Origin: Zygnema circumcarinatum SAG 698-1b
Lineage: Eukaryota > Plantae > Zygnematophyceae
Length of the DNA stretch: 64,000 bases
NCBI GenBank assembly: GCA_037447605.1
Contig: CM074804.1
Span: forward strand, 3,139,909-3,203,908
Direction of reading: 5' to 3'
Below are positions 24,234-37,380 of this stretch, in pieces. Numbering within the stretch: position 1 is the first letter of the stretch; the number at the start of each line of letters is the position of its first letter. A model generated the notes under the pieces. The model ran no database searches. It saw nothing but the letters and a program-made list of their open reading frames with translations, and had not been told where the DNA came from. Position numbers and translations under genes: made by a program.

Positions 24234-24880
24234 CAGCCTTTTTGCATCGTTAATTTCTGTACAGTTTAAATTTTTTGAAAGGGCTTCCAGCACTGATTTT
24301 ATAGCAGGGATAGTATCAGCAATTAGTGGGTTCTGTACAGAGGGTATGTAAGCAGGGTTACAATGGGGGACTGCACAAAGTCTTGATGGGCCGATTGTAT
24401 CACGTATGGATAAAGGCACCTTCTCAGATTGGAAGCTGTTGGTCTTTCCATGCGCCCATCCATGTGGTTGACATGAGTTACTTTGAGGCCTGCAGAGCGC
24501 ACGTTATGTAGCTGTTACAGGTGAAACTTTGGCTGGAGACTTTTGCTCTCCTCAAGCAAATTTAGCTGAGTTGCTTTATTCAGTTTTTTTGGCCTTAAAG
24601 TATCATGCGATGGAGAAATGATGAGCAATAAGATACGTGATGGATGGATTGCGAGCGTCTTATATGGGGGTGGAATTCGGCCTTTCTATTGAGTATGTCG
24701 TTTCCTTTCGTGTCCGCTATTCCACCTTTTCTTGGGGCAGTGAAGTCTCAAGTAGAAATGTCTTGTAGTTTTACCATTGATGGTGAGATGCACTCCTGCA
24801 TGTGCGGCTCAAAGAAAAATAGATTGACTAGCCAACGCACGGTGGAGTGTTTGGTGTGCAACGTATTGGAGAAGCACAAA

Positions 24881-24950
24881 GCCCTAGCGCCTAGCCCTAG
24901 CCCCTAGCCCTAGCCCCTAGCCCCAGCCCTAGCCCTAGCCCTAGCCCTAC
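24881..24950. repeat. Degenerate (CCCTAG)n hexamer array, ~11 units, telomere-like (CTAGGG on the minus strand)
   Basis: GCCCTAGCGCCTAGCCCTAGCCCCTAGCCCTAG..CCCTAC read directly. Confidence 0.9.
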
Positions 24951-25684
24951 CAGGCTCCAACAATCCAACCTCGGCCTCGTCCCCCGCCGTACAGTTCATC
25001 GAGATACAGTCGTACGGTCGAGTCAACAGTCTCGGCCGTACGGGTATGTACGTCCACCGTACAAGCGCGATTCGGCTCGACGCCCGAGAGCGCGCCACGT
25101 CATTTCGCGACTCTCACGCGAGCAGATCTTTGTGTCGCCTCATTCCCGTTCACACTGATGCGTCGTTTCCGAAAAAGTGGCTTGGGAAAACCCGGATCGA
25201 CGCATTCACAAGGGAAAAAACTCCGGCTGGTATTTGAATTGGAGGCGTTCACACGAGGCAGGCAGCGTTCGAGGACTTCCAGATTGTTGTCCAGCGAGGG
25301 GGGTGCCTGGCCGTACGGCGCGCGGGCATGGCGAGGCCGAGAGATGGCGCAGAAGGAGAGGGGGAGGGAGTGAAGAGCGAAACGCGCGTGCCTGCCTTCC
25401 TGCGTGCGTGCCTGCAGCAGGAAACGACCTCGCGCGCAGAGTCGTCGGGATAACGCGCGAAGCGCTGCTTGCTCGGGCGCCTCTGCGTCCTCGCAATCGT
25501 TAGAGAGGACAACAGGAGGGAGAGTTGGAGGGAGGGGGAGAGGGAGGGCGAGAGGGAGCGAGGGAGAGGGGGGGGAAAGGAGGTGAAGCAGTGGGCAGGC
25601 GGTGAAAAGAAGGCGGGAGTGCGGCGTTTTTTTGTGATTTGAGCGTCTCTGGAGGTGGAGAAGGCATGCGTTTGTGCGAGCAGG

Positions 25685-28600
25685 ATGGTGCCAGAGCACG
25701 TTGCCTTGAATGAGATTGCTCCGTTGGAAGTGAAAGTGGCGGAGGAGGCTCAGCAGCAGGCTTTGACCCGGCGACCGCACTACCACCTTCATCCTAACCA
25801 AGGTCATGGGCACGTCTCAAAGCACGCAGACGATTCGTGGCGCATCGGAGGCCCCTCACACTTCCGAGGTGTGAGGCGCCGGCCATGGGGCAAGTGGGCG
25901 GCAGAGATTCGAGACCCGCGAAGGTCAGGTTACGTTTCGTTTCTGTGGCTGTTATTGTTGTGGAACAGTATATCTGAAGGAGTTTATTTGGCCCTCTTGC
26001 AATATTTGTTTGTCTAGCTTTACTGTTCTTGCACGTGAACCTTTTGATGAGCATTCGCGTGGAACGAGATAGGTCATAGGAATGCTTGGGGAGTTTCTTC
26101 TTCAGTTATTTGGAGTTCGCAGTGTTTTGAATTTTCTGGCCTTGGAGCGTGAGTGCAGGCGGGCACGCGTATGGCTTGGCACTTTCGACACCGCAGAGGA
26201 AGCAGCTCTTGCTTACGATAGGGCAGCGCAAAGCATGCGTGGTAGCAGGTGCTATTTCTGCACCTTGCTAGCATGCTATTGGATGAAAGTGAAGATAAAA
26301 TGAATCTGCGTAAGTTGCGATTTGGCGACTTCAGCAGCAATGACTTCAGCAGGTGTTAAAATCATCCACGCGTCACAAACGCCCGGCATTGAATTGCAGT
26401 GGCTTTTTAGTCGGTTGTTTCCATGAAAGCTAAGGTATCACTGTAGGGTCTGAGAGCTCATGTGTTATCCGTTCTCCTTTTTGCCAATCTACAGAGCGCG
26501 CCTCAATTTTGGACACGACCACGACCTTCACTTGCCAGCTCCTCCTAAGTCGGCAACAGCTGCCATCAATAAAGGAACCGAGTCCGAAGGCAGCAAGAGT
26601 ATGCCGGGTGTGCTGTTTTCGTCGTCAGGGGGGCTGTATGCAAGAGGGACAGAGGAAGCCTTTCCGTCAATGTCTGCAGGGGGGACAGGGTTTTCGCCGA
26701 AGCAGCGCTACTTGTTAGGTCCAGATCATGGACTGTCAATTGCAGCACCTGGGACATCTTTTTACAGCCCCAGCCCCCTCTCACAGAGCAGCTCTGCCCA
26801 GAAGGCCCATGTTGGTCCATCAAGTGTCGTGGCTCCTGGGGTACTGCATCACAATCCAGTTCCAGGTGGAGGAGAAGGCACTCCATTGGGAATGAAGCCT
26901 TCTCAGACTGCTGCTCCTGCAGGAATCTTAGGTGTTCCAGAAGACAGAGGGGAGAGAGCACATGCAGTGCTGGAACTGCTTTCTCAGCCACCTCCTCCTC
27001 AAGGGGGCTTCCCTACGGCTGCTGTTGCTCAGGATGCAGTGAGGGCAGTGATGGCTAGCCTTGCACCTCCCTTCTTAGCGGCACAGGGGAGTACGATGCA
27101 GGGAGGCCTTGCACTAGCTGTGAAGCAGGAGAGCAGTGAGGGAGCCCCGAGCAATGGAGAGGGTGGAGGGGCTTTTACAGAGGAGATTGTGAGTGGTGGG
27201 TCTCCTATGAACGTGCTGTCTGCAGTCAGGGATTCTGAGAGAGGCTTGGAGCAGCAGCAAGTGGATCTTGCATTGCCCATGGAGGTGAAGCTAATGGCGG
27301 GACACAGGGGTGTTGAGGGCCAGGCAGGCAGCCTGTCCGCTGCTTATGGTTCCAGTGAGATGAGCAATGCAGAGGCCCCGTCTAGAGGTTGGGAAGGGAC
27401 ATCTGCATCTGCAGTTCAGGAGACAAACCAATACTTGTCAGCTGCTGGTATGGCAGTGGAAAGGCTTGGAAGTGGGGGGCAAGGGGCAAGCAGCAGCCCT
27501 ATTCCTGTGCCTTCGAAGGGCTCCTCCCACCTGGATGAGGGATCTGATTCACTAATTGAGCTGCCCTCCTCTGCAGCCAGTCTGACTTCTCTCTTAGGGG
27601 ACACACCAACTTCTATGGGGAACGCTGAAAGGCCGTGGCCTGGACTTGATGGGGTTGGAGGGATTAGCAGAGGGCCCAGCGTGCCGTCACTCACGAGAAT
27701 GGGAATGGAAGCTGCAAGCTCGCTGCAGAGGCAGACAAGAGGGGAAGCATTGCAAAATGGCGGTTATCTAGGGGGGACACTAGGCCAGCAGCAACCAAAC
27801 CGGAGCTATCCGGTACGGGAAAGGGAAAGTAGTGAGCCTGATCGAGCCATGGATAGCACTGCAACGGATATGGTGGTAGGGTCACAACCATGGATGGACG
27901 ATCTTGAAGTCCCTCTGGTATCAAAGGGCAGTCTTGGCAGTCTTGGCAGGTGAACCCTATTCCACCACCCGATGTTGACCAATCACTCTGCCAATCCGAG
28001 GGGCTTACCTTTAGCCACTCAAGTGGTCATCCAGCTTTGGGGTGAAGGAGATTTTATATTTGTTTTTGGATGACAGTTATTGTGATAGAAACTGCGATCC
28101 GTGTCAACAAATTGATTTTGTTAGTAGCAAATCCTCGAAATGGCTTGGTGTCTTCATTAGCCAAATTGAGTTTGAACGTAGATGGCAACGGTTCTTGGAG
28201 TTGCGTGCGAATATAGCTATTGCTGTACGCCTACAGGGCTGGGTTATCTAGGTTTGCATTTGAGCTGAGCATCATAAAGGCAGATTCTTAGAGGATCGGC
28301 ATATATGTAGCAAGTAAGAAAGCTGGGGTAACTAGAGAAAGCAAGCTTCAATACTTTTGCATTTTTCTAACGGGAGAAATGGTTGGGATTTTTGCAGATC
28401 ATCCTTGGGTTGGGATCTGTCCTTTGACATGAGCATCTCTCCCAGTGGAGCGCGAGGCCTTGGTTCGTCAGAGGGGTTTGACTGCTTCGATGGCTACATC
28501 ATCGGTAGCTACGAACAGGATCCATTCGTCCAGGCACCCATGAGCATTGACGATTTGAGTGGGAAATTCTACAAGGCTGAAATACCATTTTCGGATAATG

Positions 28601-28887
28601 CGACAGAACCGCTGGGTATGAACATCTTGAATGAGGGGTCATCTCCATCCAACTCACCGAGCCTGCTGACCTCACGGCTGGGGAGTGGGAACAGCAGCAG
28701 TAGTAAGCCTATACAGATTCGGGTGAAGAAGGAAGGACACAGGTTCGAGAAGGAGCTCACTGACAGCCTTTTCAGCGATGGTCATTTCTTGGTGGGCTCT
28801 ATCAGTGCTCCGGGTTCTCGAACTGGCAGTCCCAAGGGTTCCCCTACAGGAAGCTTGAAAGACTACGGGTTTGGCTGGCCTCCTTGA
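25685..28887 (+). CDS. AP2/ERF transcription factor (ERF type, 4 exons)
   Basis: Exon 25685-25923 ([21 protein letters not shown]), ~26159-26248 ([29 protein letters not shown]), ~26496-27949 (RARLNF plus a long low-complexity region) and 28399-28887 (in-frame phase-2 join [10 protein letters not shown], ends GFGWPP*). A14/D19 residues are ERF-type. Confidence 0.92.
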
Positions 28888-30137
28888 GCTCTCAGGTTGC
28901 TCACATTATCCCAAGTAGAGCCACGTGTAGGCATCACGAGGACCGTTCAATTGGATTGAAACTGCAAGCCAACTTTGGCAGGGCTGTGGCTGACAGGGTT
29001 GCCCACTAATTGGTTGGGTTTGTCCTCCTTTTTCCTTTCTTCGGGACTGACAGGCCCCTAAAGACTAGGTGATTCTGTTGCGTTCCTTGGACAAGGCACA
29101 AGCCACAGGGTGGGTTATATTATGTGAGGCGCTGTAGGTACACCTACACGCAGGCAGCGCATTGCTCGTAGGGGGACTACGTAGTATTCTTCCTATGCCT
29201 CCTCCTATGTAACCTGGACTTAGCCTCAGGAATGTATATCTACAAGATTTGTCTTTTTCTCTGTAGACCATGGCTCTAAAGTCCGCAGGGTGTACAAAAA
29301 GTGTTGCTAAAGCTGCTCTATTGTGAAGAGGAGTCTAATGGTACAAATATTCATATGTTGTTTCCAAACCAAATTAGCAAAGAAAGTGGTCCGTGAAGGG
29401 AAGTCCCCGGTTACTGTTTGGACCTTTTCAAAGATGCATGTCTCCAAGACGTCTCACTGCAAGTCAAACCTCCAGAAAATCTCTGTTGCAATTATCTCCG
29501 TGTGCTGGTCCATTATTTCATCTCTGGCGCGTTTCTTAAAATACCCCTTTTCACGCCTTACGTCTGGGCTCATTGTTGCAACGTAGGGGTGGCAGTGACC
29601 CGAATGCCAAAATCTTAGTGTGACTTAAACCGGTCATGCGGGCCGTAATTAAAAGTAACTGATGCAAGTTGAGTCGATTGATGACTGTTTACCAAGAGCA
29701 GTGTGGCACATCAATCGAATTGCATACGTGGCAAACCTTGATCGGTTTCCACTTAACTCGACCGGAGTCGTTGCGATTTGGTTGCTGCGCTGCTGCAGAT
29801 CTCGAACAAAAGTGCCAAAATACACATGTCAAACGGGTGACAGGTGAGGGCTCTTTCATGAGAAGACGAAGGTCAAATACTGCTGCTCCCCTTTCAGATT
29901 TATGTACAAATACCACCTGGGACAATTCTATACATGAATAACCACCTGAGTGGACATAAATGCTCTTCAAAAATAAGTCGATTGAACTAATTCCTAAGTA
30001 TCCTGCAGTATCCAATCCAATTTCAAATATCCGCCAAAACATTTCTGTCCTTTCTTACCACAGCGTGCGAGAAGCTGTGGGCATAAGGAGAATATTTCAA
30101 ACCAGTGCCGATTTCAACACTAACGCTTTCAAAGCTT

Positions 30138-31375
30138 TTAACATTTACCACTGGCAGGCTCTATTGAGCTAATCAGACCGTTTGTGCGCAGCTGTGTGCA
30201 GTGATCCTCGGCATCTTCCTGAGAGCAAATGATGACGCACGCCATCCCATTCACATGGGCCTCCTGCATGATGTTGACCGCCTGGTCGACCGTCATGCCA
30301 GGGATAACCTTCATAAGGACTTGCACCACATACTCGCGACGATTGAAGTTGTCGTTGTGGAGAAGCACGCGATAAGGTGGTGACATTTTCTTCTTCCGCC
30401 TGCAAATCCAGGCCAGCCAATTTGACGTCAATCATCTTTCGGAAGCAAAGTTGCCGTTCCACCTTAGCTTACCAGTTCACAAGAGTGCTCATATTCCTCT
30501 GCGTTTCATCATCTGCATAATGCTGGCGAAGTAGACCGATTATATTCTCGCTACATCTCAACTTGTGCATCAAATTTCGACGCTCTTACATACTGAATGT
30601 CACCATAGCACGAGGTGGGCTTACATTTCCCCGAGAAGGAGCAGCAACAAAGGGAAGGTACCAGCATTTGGGAGAGCGATTATTGTCAAAACAAATCAAC
30701 CGCAATCTAAGAGGAGATATGACACTTCCATAGCTTTTTCTCGCTTACTTTATGTCAAATTCAGACTCCCGACCAGGAGTTCCCCTTTCAATTGTTGGCT
30801 TGTCTAGAACGCCGCCACCTAAGCCTCCAGGCAGAGTGGCTGCCAGAATAACATAGTTACTTCTTCTGCATTCGATGCTGATAGCCACCATAGTTGCAGA
30901 CGTTTTCCTGGCTGAGAAAAGTAGTGGGGAAAGATTGGACCACATTCATCAGCGACACTGGGCATACGCTTTCACACAGATATCCTCTCTTCTGATATCC
31001 GCATTTCTCGGAGAACGCAAAAGACAGATCAATCACGGCATGTATGCAACATCTGCAGGAAAGGTTTGAACGTATCCATCCTATCCAGATTTCTTGAAAG
31101 ATTAATCATGCATTATCCCGCAAATCATGTGCTTGCGCTTAGGTGAACCAGCGGTCCATGCAATCATATAATTGAAAGGAAAAATGCACAAAAAGAATGC
31201 AACGGGCCTAAAAACAAACTCAAAGGAAGAGCTTACTCGCCAGTTTCACAAACTGAACACTATTTCCTTGCTGCTGATGCAGCATCCTGCTTCCCGGAAA
31301 GCATCGCCCGGAGGTGGGCCTGGAGCCGTCGAGCGCCTTCAAGAGAGGAGATTTGACAACAAGCTTGCTTTCCAT
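30138..31375 (-). CDS. CLPS1: Plastid Clp protease adaptor ClpS1 (3 exons)
   Basis: Transit-peptide exon from ATG 31375, an exon with GGGVLDKPTIERGTPGRESEFDIK, and a last exon PPYRVLLHNDNFNRREYVVQVLMKVIPGMTVDQAVNIMQEAH..GLISSIEPASGKC*. Confidence 0.95.
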
Positions 31376-31413
31376 CTTATTGACCTCGCAGCTGTCAAAA
31401 AGGTCAATGCGAA

Positions 31414-31418
31414 GAAGA

Positions 31419-31449
<31 letters not shown>

Positions 31450-31474
31450 TGAGAGAGAGAGGGGAAGGAGAGGA
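31414..31474. repeat. (GA)n-rich microsatellite in the ClpS1/DUF151 divergent 5' region
   Basis: GAAGAGAGAGAGAGAGACAGAGAGAGAGAGAGAGTGAGAGAGAGA.. read directly. Confidence 0.9.
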
Positions 31475-31725
31475 GAGACGAAGCTATTGCATGCGGAAGG
31501 AACGGCGCAGATTCTTTGAAAGCTTCTATGGCTGCCAGTGGAAGCTGAGGGCGCCACGTGGCGCGAGTTTGAGACGGAGGCGCGTGTTCAAGGCAGGGGG
31601 GCCCGCGCCGTACGGCGGCGCAAAATATCGTTTGGGGGCCGAATAATGAAATGGGTACAAACGGGGCGTAAAGCGGGAGTGACAGCAAACCTGGTTTGCA
31701 GGTTGCGAACTTAACGGCGGAAGTC

Positions 31726-34717
31726 ATGAGCGCTGCAGGAGGAGCGCAGCCATGGCTTTTGGCAGCTCCCTCGTCCCCTGCTCGTCTTGTTTCTACTTCT
31801 TCGGCGACTGCTCGACGGATTGTTTTTTATGAGCGCTCAATTGGCAGCAGAGGAAGGAATTGTGAAAGCAGGGAAAGGCGGAAAGGAGGATCATGGAGGT
31901 GGTGCAGCACAAATGTTACACATAAATGCTGTAAAAGCACGGTTGTCGGGGAATGTTGGCTTGCATATTATCGCTCTGCGTGCTTGAGTCCGTCTGCTGT
32001 TCAGTTTGGGAACCGGCGAGCTGGCGACGTTGCTGAAAAGAGCTTTATCTTGCAAGATGGCTGGGCTTGGCGGAGACGAGGGATTATGAAGGAGGGGCTG
32101 GAGGAGACACGACATTGTGTTTCACGGCGCGAATGGAAGCGGAGCAAGTGCGTTTCAGAGCCGTCTGAAAAAGGGGAGTGTTGTTCTGAAGGAGATGTGG
32201 CAGCTGGAGGAAGTCCATCATGGGGAGAATTATCTTCTTCAGACTCTCATTCGCATCCAATGGAGCGGAGGAGGCTGCTGATAACTTCAATCGCTATCAT
32301 GGCTGGAGTAATGTCTGATAGCAGGAATGCCTTTGCAGGTGAGACTCGTCCACTGCAGGCAGTGAGAGGGACTAGGAAGGCGGTGAGGTATGCCCTTTAC
32401 TAGATATGAGAGACTTATGCGAAACAGTTTGTATGTGACGAATTTTGCCACCTTTGCAGAATAGGGAAGGGGTTGAAGTGCTCAAGTATGTCAGTATGAC
32501 TTACCGTCCTCGCAAAATTTTCCGATTTTTCTTCAGCTTACAGAGCTTTCTAAATCGTGTTCGACGATGATATTTGTGCGGTGTTCAATTTTCCATACCT
32601 GCGCCTCAATTGCCCATTTGAAAGCTTCGTGGAGTGAGTTTTATGTCTTTGGGATGATGCAACGAGGATTCCGGACAACTTTCTCCAATACTCTACGCAC
32701 GCTTTCTGAGCATGTGCACGTTGCATTAATGAATCTGTTTGTTACCTGTCAGGAATTGGAATGAAATGTTGTAGTGGCGGTCTCACCGCCAACATAAGAA
32801 GGCCGAGGATACCATATACACAAGTAAACCTGAAAGAGTTGGATCCATCATCATTAGTACCCGATGACTAAAGGATAGATGAGCGTGAGGGCGATGGGGT
32901 TAGAACCTGTCTAGCCTAATCTAGTCTCTAGCTTTAGACCTTAACCTCGTCCATAAGCATTGACATTGTCGTCTTTCATTGCTTGAGTACAAAACCATGT
33001 TCAGAAGTAATTCAGATTCTCAGGGATTGTGGGACTTGGGCGTTGCGTCCATTTTCTGTTTCAACTATATTCTCTGTTTCCTGAACCACGTCCTTCCGGA
33101 ACTGTCATTGAACACTGCATGTCGCAAACTTCAAAATCAGCAGCTTCTCTTAAATTTACCCCCAGCTTAGGTTGATACAACTCAATTCGCCTGACAACTT
33201 AGTACTGCATGCATGCCCCTCCATTTCTCCCCCACCCACCTCCTTTTTCGGGTCTCTTTTCATCTCCTTACTGTCCATTTCCTTTGTTGGCATTGGCATG
33301 TCCGATTTTGCAGTCGTTCGACTGGTCTACTAGGTGAATTCTGCTGGCAGGGTAGTCGCCTTATTGCCTTCGACTGGTGATTACCTGCTGTCTTGCAGAA
33401 AATACAGCGGCCATTGACGATTTACCCCTAGTGATTCCGGAGGAGACGTTTCCGGAGGAGACGTTTCCGGAAGAGACGTTTCCGGAAGAGACGTTTCCGG
33501 AGATAGATTCTATGCCGAGTAATGATGTTTTTGCCATTGAAGAAATTGGCGAAGAAGATGAGGTCTTTGGTTTTGATGGTCTCGGCCATCATGGAGAGGA
33601 TTATGCGGCTAGCCGAGTTGTGGCACTTGCGCAGTCTGGCGAGGGAGCGGTGTTATTCTTGGGGTGTGTGTTCCTGTCAATAATACTTCAACTAAGGATT
33701 AAATTGGCAAAAAGTAAATTGCAAATTATGGCTGGAATAGTCATATTTTTCCGTAAGCTTAGGAGACTTCTGCTCAGTATGCATTGTTGCATGTCTTTTA
33801 TTTGCGCAGAGTGGATGGTTATGAGCTACCCATGCGGATGGTGGTTGGAGCTGCAGAGGCTATGGCCGTCCTCACAGCTGCTCAAGAGCGAAAATCACGG
33901 CGGCCTGTGACACATGAAGCGTGGGGTTTGACTTTGGAGGCTGTTGGCTGGCAGGTGAGTGGAACTGAACCCGCATTCCAGGATAGATCCAACCTTCATA
34001 GTGAAAGCCAGGAAAGCCATGACCATATAATGCCGAGAAAGATTTCAATATGGCAAGTCAGCAATTTATCTGCTAATAGTCTCAAGAGAAACTCGACGCT
34101 TTGAAATCTAGGCAAAATTTTGACATTATCTTCCAGTTTGGTCCTTTTTCATTTATGGATAGGTTGGAACACCTGTTGAACTGTGTTTTTTTGTTGCCTT
34201 TTGGTGATTTCGGATTCCTTGTTAGCTTTCGTTTTGGATCTGTTCAACACCACTTAGCTTTTTCCGGCGACTTGCCTGCAATCGTCCTTTCCTTAAACCA
34301 CGTTTCAACGCCTCCCTCGCGCGTCAAGGATCAGTGCAGACGTCAGATCCCTAGGGCGCCCGGAATCATGACAGGTTCAATTCACGCCGTTTGTTTCCCC
34401 TTTCGCCTCTGCAGGTGGCACGTGTAGCCATCACAAGCATAGACAACGATGTCTACTATTGCCGAGTCATCCTCGGAGATGCCAACTCCTCTCTGCAGAA
34501 GCCACGGCCAGTGCTCCGCAGTGTGGACGTGCGTCCCTCCGACGGCATCGCTCTGGCCCTCCGCTGCAAGGCGCCTCTGTTCGTTTCCAGGCAGGTGGCG
34601 GAGTCAGTGCTCCTCAAAGGGCAGGGCAAGAAGCCAAAAGGCGACCTCAAAGTGGACCCTCTCGACAGGCCCGGGCTGCAGGCCCGCCAGCCTCATGACC
34701 TCAGCAATTATATTTGA
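31726..34717 (+). CDS. DUF151/bifunctional nuclease (BFN) domain protein with a long plastid-type N-terminal extension (4 exons)
   Basis: Exons 31726-32338, ~33399-33662, ~33811-33954 (VDGYELPMRMVVGAAEAMAVLTAAQERKSRRPVTHE) and ~34416-34717 (VARVAITSIDNDVYYCRVIL..SVDVRPSDGIALALRCKAPLFVSRQVAE). The RP-TH and D-RPSD-IALA motifs of DUF151 are present. Confidence 0.88.
33435..33502 (+). repeat. In-frame 15-bp coding tandem repeat, (EETFP)x4
   Basis: TTCCGGA(G/A)GAGACGT repeated four times, plus a partial unit. Confidence 0.95.
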
Positions 34718-35777
34718 ACGCTTGGGAGCCCAGTCGCAAGGGCTCCCCATCGTTTTGAATCCTTTAGTGTAGCGCAGCGGAAGGTTGCCTTCAATGGTTC
34801 AAGTGCTCGTTCAATTGTCTACCAAGGGGTTCTCCCTGTGGTATGATCCGGTGTGTACAGCTCCATGACCAATCCAAGGGTCAAAGGTTTTCCTTTGTAC
34901 ATATTGCTTCCCATTGTTTTTGTAGTGTATATCTTGTAAGGCTTCACTGCTCGCACATATTAATCCGATTTCTTCGTCTTGAACCATGACACCGAAAGGC
35001 TAACCTCTATTTGTGAATAGTTGTCAATGAGAGCCTTGGCAGAACTTCAACATGGGATCATTCATTTGCAGTAAAATGTGCTCCTTGCCAGCAGCTGTTT
35101 GTTTTTTCTGCTTGTGCTGAGCACCATACCATATAATGCTGTCAGCAAAAAATTTAAGACTACGGTTTGCCGAACGCTAGTGTTACAAGTACCAGAGGCT
35201 ACGCCTCACTTCTAAAGACTAGTCAGACAAGCCAGAACAGGATATACCCAAGCTACAAGAACTGCGCCAACCACAGCCCCCCCCAGTGGCCTCTCATGAA
35301 ACATTGAAAACTGAAACGATGAATTGCGCTATGACTACACCCTGATCCATTTCCTCCTGTCTTTTCTCATCAAAAGTTTACAGAGCAATGTGCGGATCAA
35401 TGAAATAGTCCTACTGATTTTATCACCCAATATTAGGACCTAAAACACAGACAACTATGTAGAACACAATATGATCCTCGCAGTTCCACTACGTCGAATA
35501 CAGACCAAAATCAGAAGCATTGAGCTTCACTAAAATAACATTCACAGGTTTTACAAAAGAAGCTTTGCGTGATTTCGGTAGTGCTTTCAAGTGGAATGGT
35601 CAGACTCCGTATCCTTTGTCTCACCATGAAACGAGCGGCAGACACACTGAATTGACCCTTCTATTTAGGAGAGCCTCATCTGAGCGAGTTCCATTCAGGC
35701 AGAGTCCGTGGTTGTGCATACAATGGGTTCCGGAAGCCCCTCCAAGACTGGAATGGAGCCTTGGTTGCAGCCCCAGG

Positions 35778-36902
35778 TCACTCCTGCATAAGCTTACTTT
35801 TCAAAACCTCCAACAGCTGATCCATTTTCTCTGATCTCGACTCTTCCCGTAACCGTCGTTGCTCGTCCCTCATTCGCCATTCAGCCTCACGCATTGCCCG
35901 TTGTTGCTCCAACCTAACCATGGCATCCCTGAACTCAGCTTCTCGAGCCCTTCTTTCTGCTTCTCTATGTTCCACAGCCTCGCGCCACTCCACCTCCAGC
36001 CATTGCTGATGCTTGAAAAAGTCTTCCAGCACTTCTTGAACGCTGCCAGACCGTGGCTTATCTCCTGCAAACTTCTGCCTTTCCTTCTCAACCCGCCTGG
36101 CCCGCTTCCTGAGGGCTCTATCCTCTTCACTCTCATCGTCATCATCGTCGTCATCGTTGTCCGATTCATCATCCCCCAACTTTTGCCCATTCGATAAAGA
36201 CTTACGACCCCGCTTCTCTTTCCTCTTCAAAAGACCTCTCTCTGACTCTAGCAAGAGTGGGTCCATGTCTTTAGCTCTCTGCTTAAAAATTGCGTCAAGC
36301 TCATCGAAAAACGGACACTGACGACCAGTCTCCGCTTCAGAAGTCTCTTTACCCTGCACGCAAATTCCATTGGCTTGTCACTAAACTGTGGAATTGCATA
36401 GTTGAGGTGGAATTAACAAAGCCGTCCTATTAATGGCTCCGGTGTACTTACTGCCGTACCAGCCAAACACAAAAGCTCTCGAACATATTTTCGACCTTCA
36501 AACGCTGCCAACAAGAAAAGCTGCATAATGGGATCCTTTAAGTAAGAAAACTATCAAATGCCATGCGATTTGGGTTAAACACTTTACCTTGTAGTATTTC
36601 ACGAGGTTTTTCCACTTGCATTTGCACTGCTCTGCACTCCGATTGCAGTTGTGCTCCTTCATTTTTCTGCTAATGAGCTCCCACAAGGTCTTGTTCCGTT
36701 TCGTCTGCACGAAGTCCTTTTCCAACTCCGCTCTGATCTCTATCAACTTCTTTGTCTCGTTGTAGCCCCACTGCGGCTGCTGCTTGTCCGCATCTCGCTT
36801 AAGAACTATTGCCATGTTCTGCGCATCCCCGCTTCCATTTCCTCCGCCAGCTGACATCAATGTCATGCCTTGCTGCAAAGCGAAAGGCGAGAGCTCCGCC
36901 AT
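35778..36902 (-). CDS. Trihelix transcription factor, GT-1 clade (GT-3-like; 2 exons)
   Basis: QWGYNETKKLIEIR..RNKTLWELISRKMKEHNCNRSAEQCKCKWKNLVKYYK | GKETSE..RQCPFFDELDAIF, followed by an acidic stretch and a coiled-coil C-terminus. Confidence 0.93.
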
Positions 36903-37261
36903 GATAGCTGCTGCCTTTATTCACTGCTTAAATGCTAACAAACGTATGTAAGATACCCAAGTGTTGCATCAGACGGACAAGTATGGCTGACTCTATAGGG
37001 GAATCTAACCAGAAGAGCCGCGAAGGAATTCATCGAGCAGTAATACAAATTTAAATCCTTATTTCCTTTTTATGAGGAAAACAGAATATTCCCGTGGCAG
37101 CCGCCCTTCCACAGCATGTTATGTCAACTTGGGCTGACGCCAAAAGACGGAACTAGCTTTCATCACAGCATCGCACAAGTACCGAGTGAGAGAGGCCGCG
37201 CTCAGAGCCATGCCACAGCAGGGAGGGGGGAGGGGGGAATGTAGAGTCGGTCGGTCATGAA

Positions 37262-37380
37262 GAGGCGGCGTGATGTTGCATGGACGATGATGCGTGGACG
37301 ATGATGCAGAGGGCGGCGTGATGTTGTGAGGAAGATGATGCGGAGGGCGGCGTGATGTTGTGAGGAAGATGATGCAGAGG
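37262..37380. repeat. ~34-bp tandem repeat (3 units) inside a GC-rich intergenic island
   Basis: GAGGGCGGCGTGATGTTGTGAGGAAGATGATGC(A/G) units. The first unit has an internal duplication. Confidence 0.8.

Noticed and set aside
37100-37180. Box C-like GTGATGA on the minus strand as a C/D snoRNA
   Set aside because: There is no box D (CTGA) at a suitable distance and no terminal stem.
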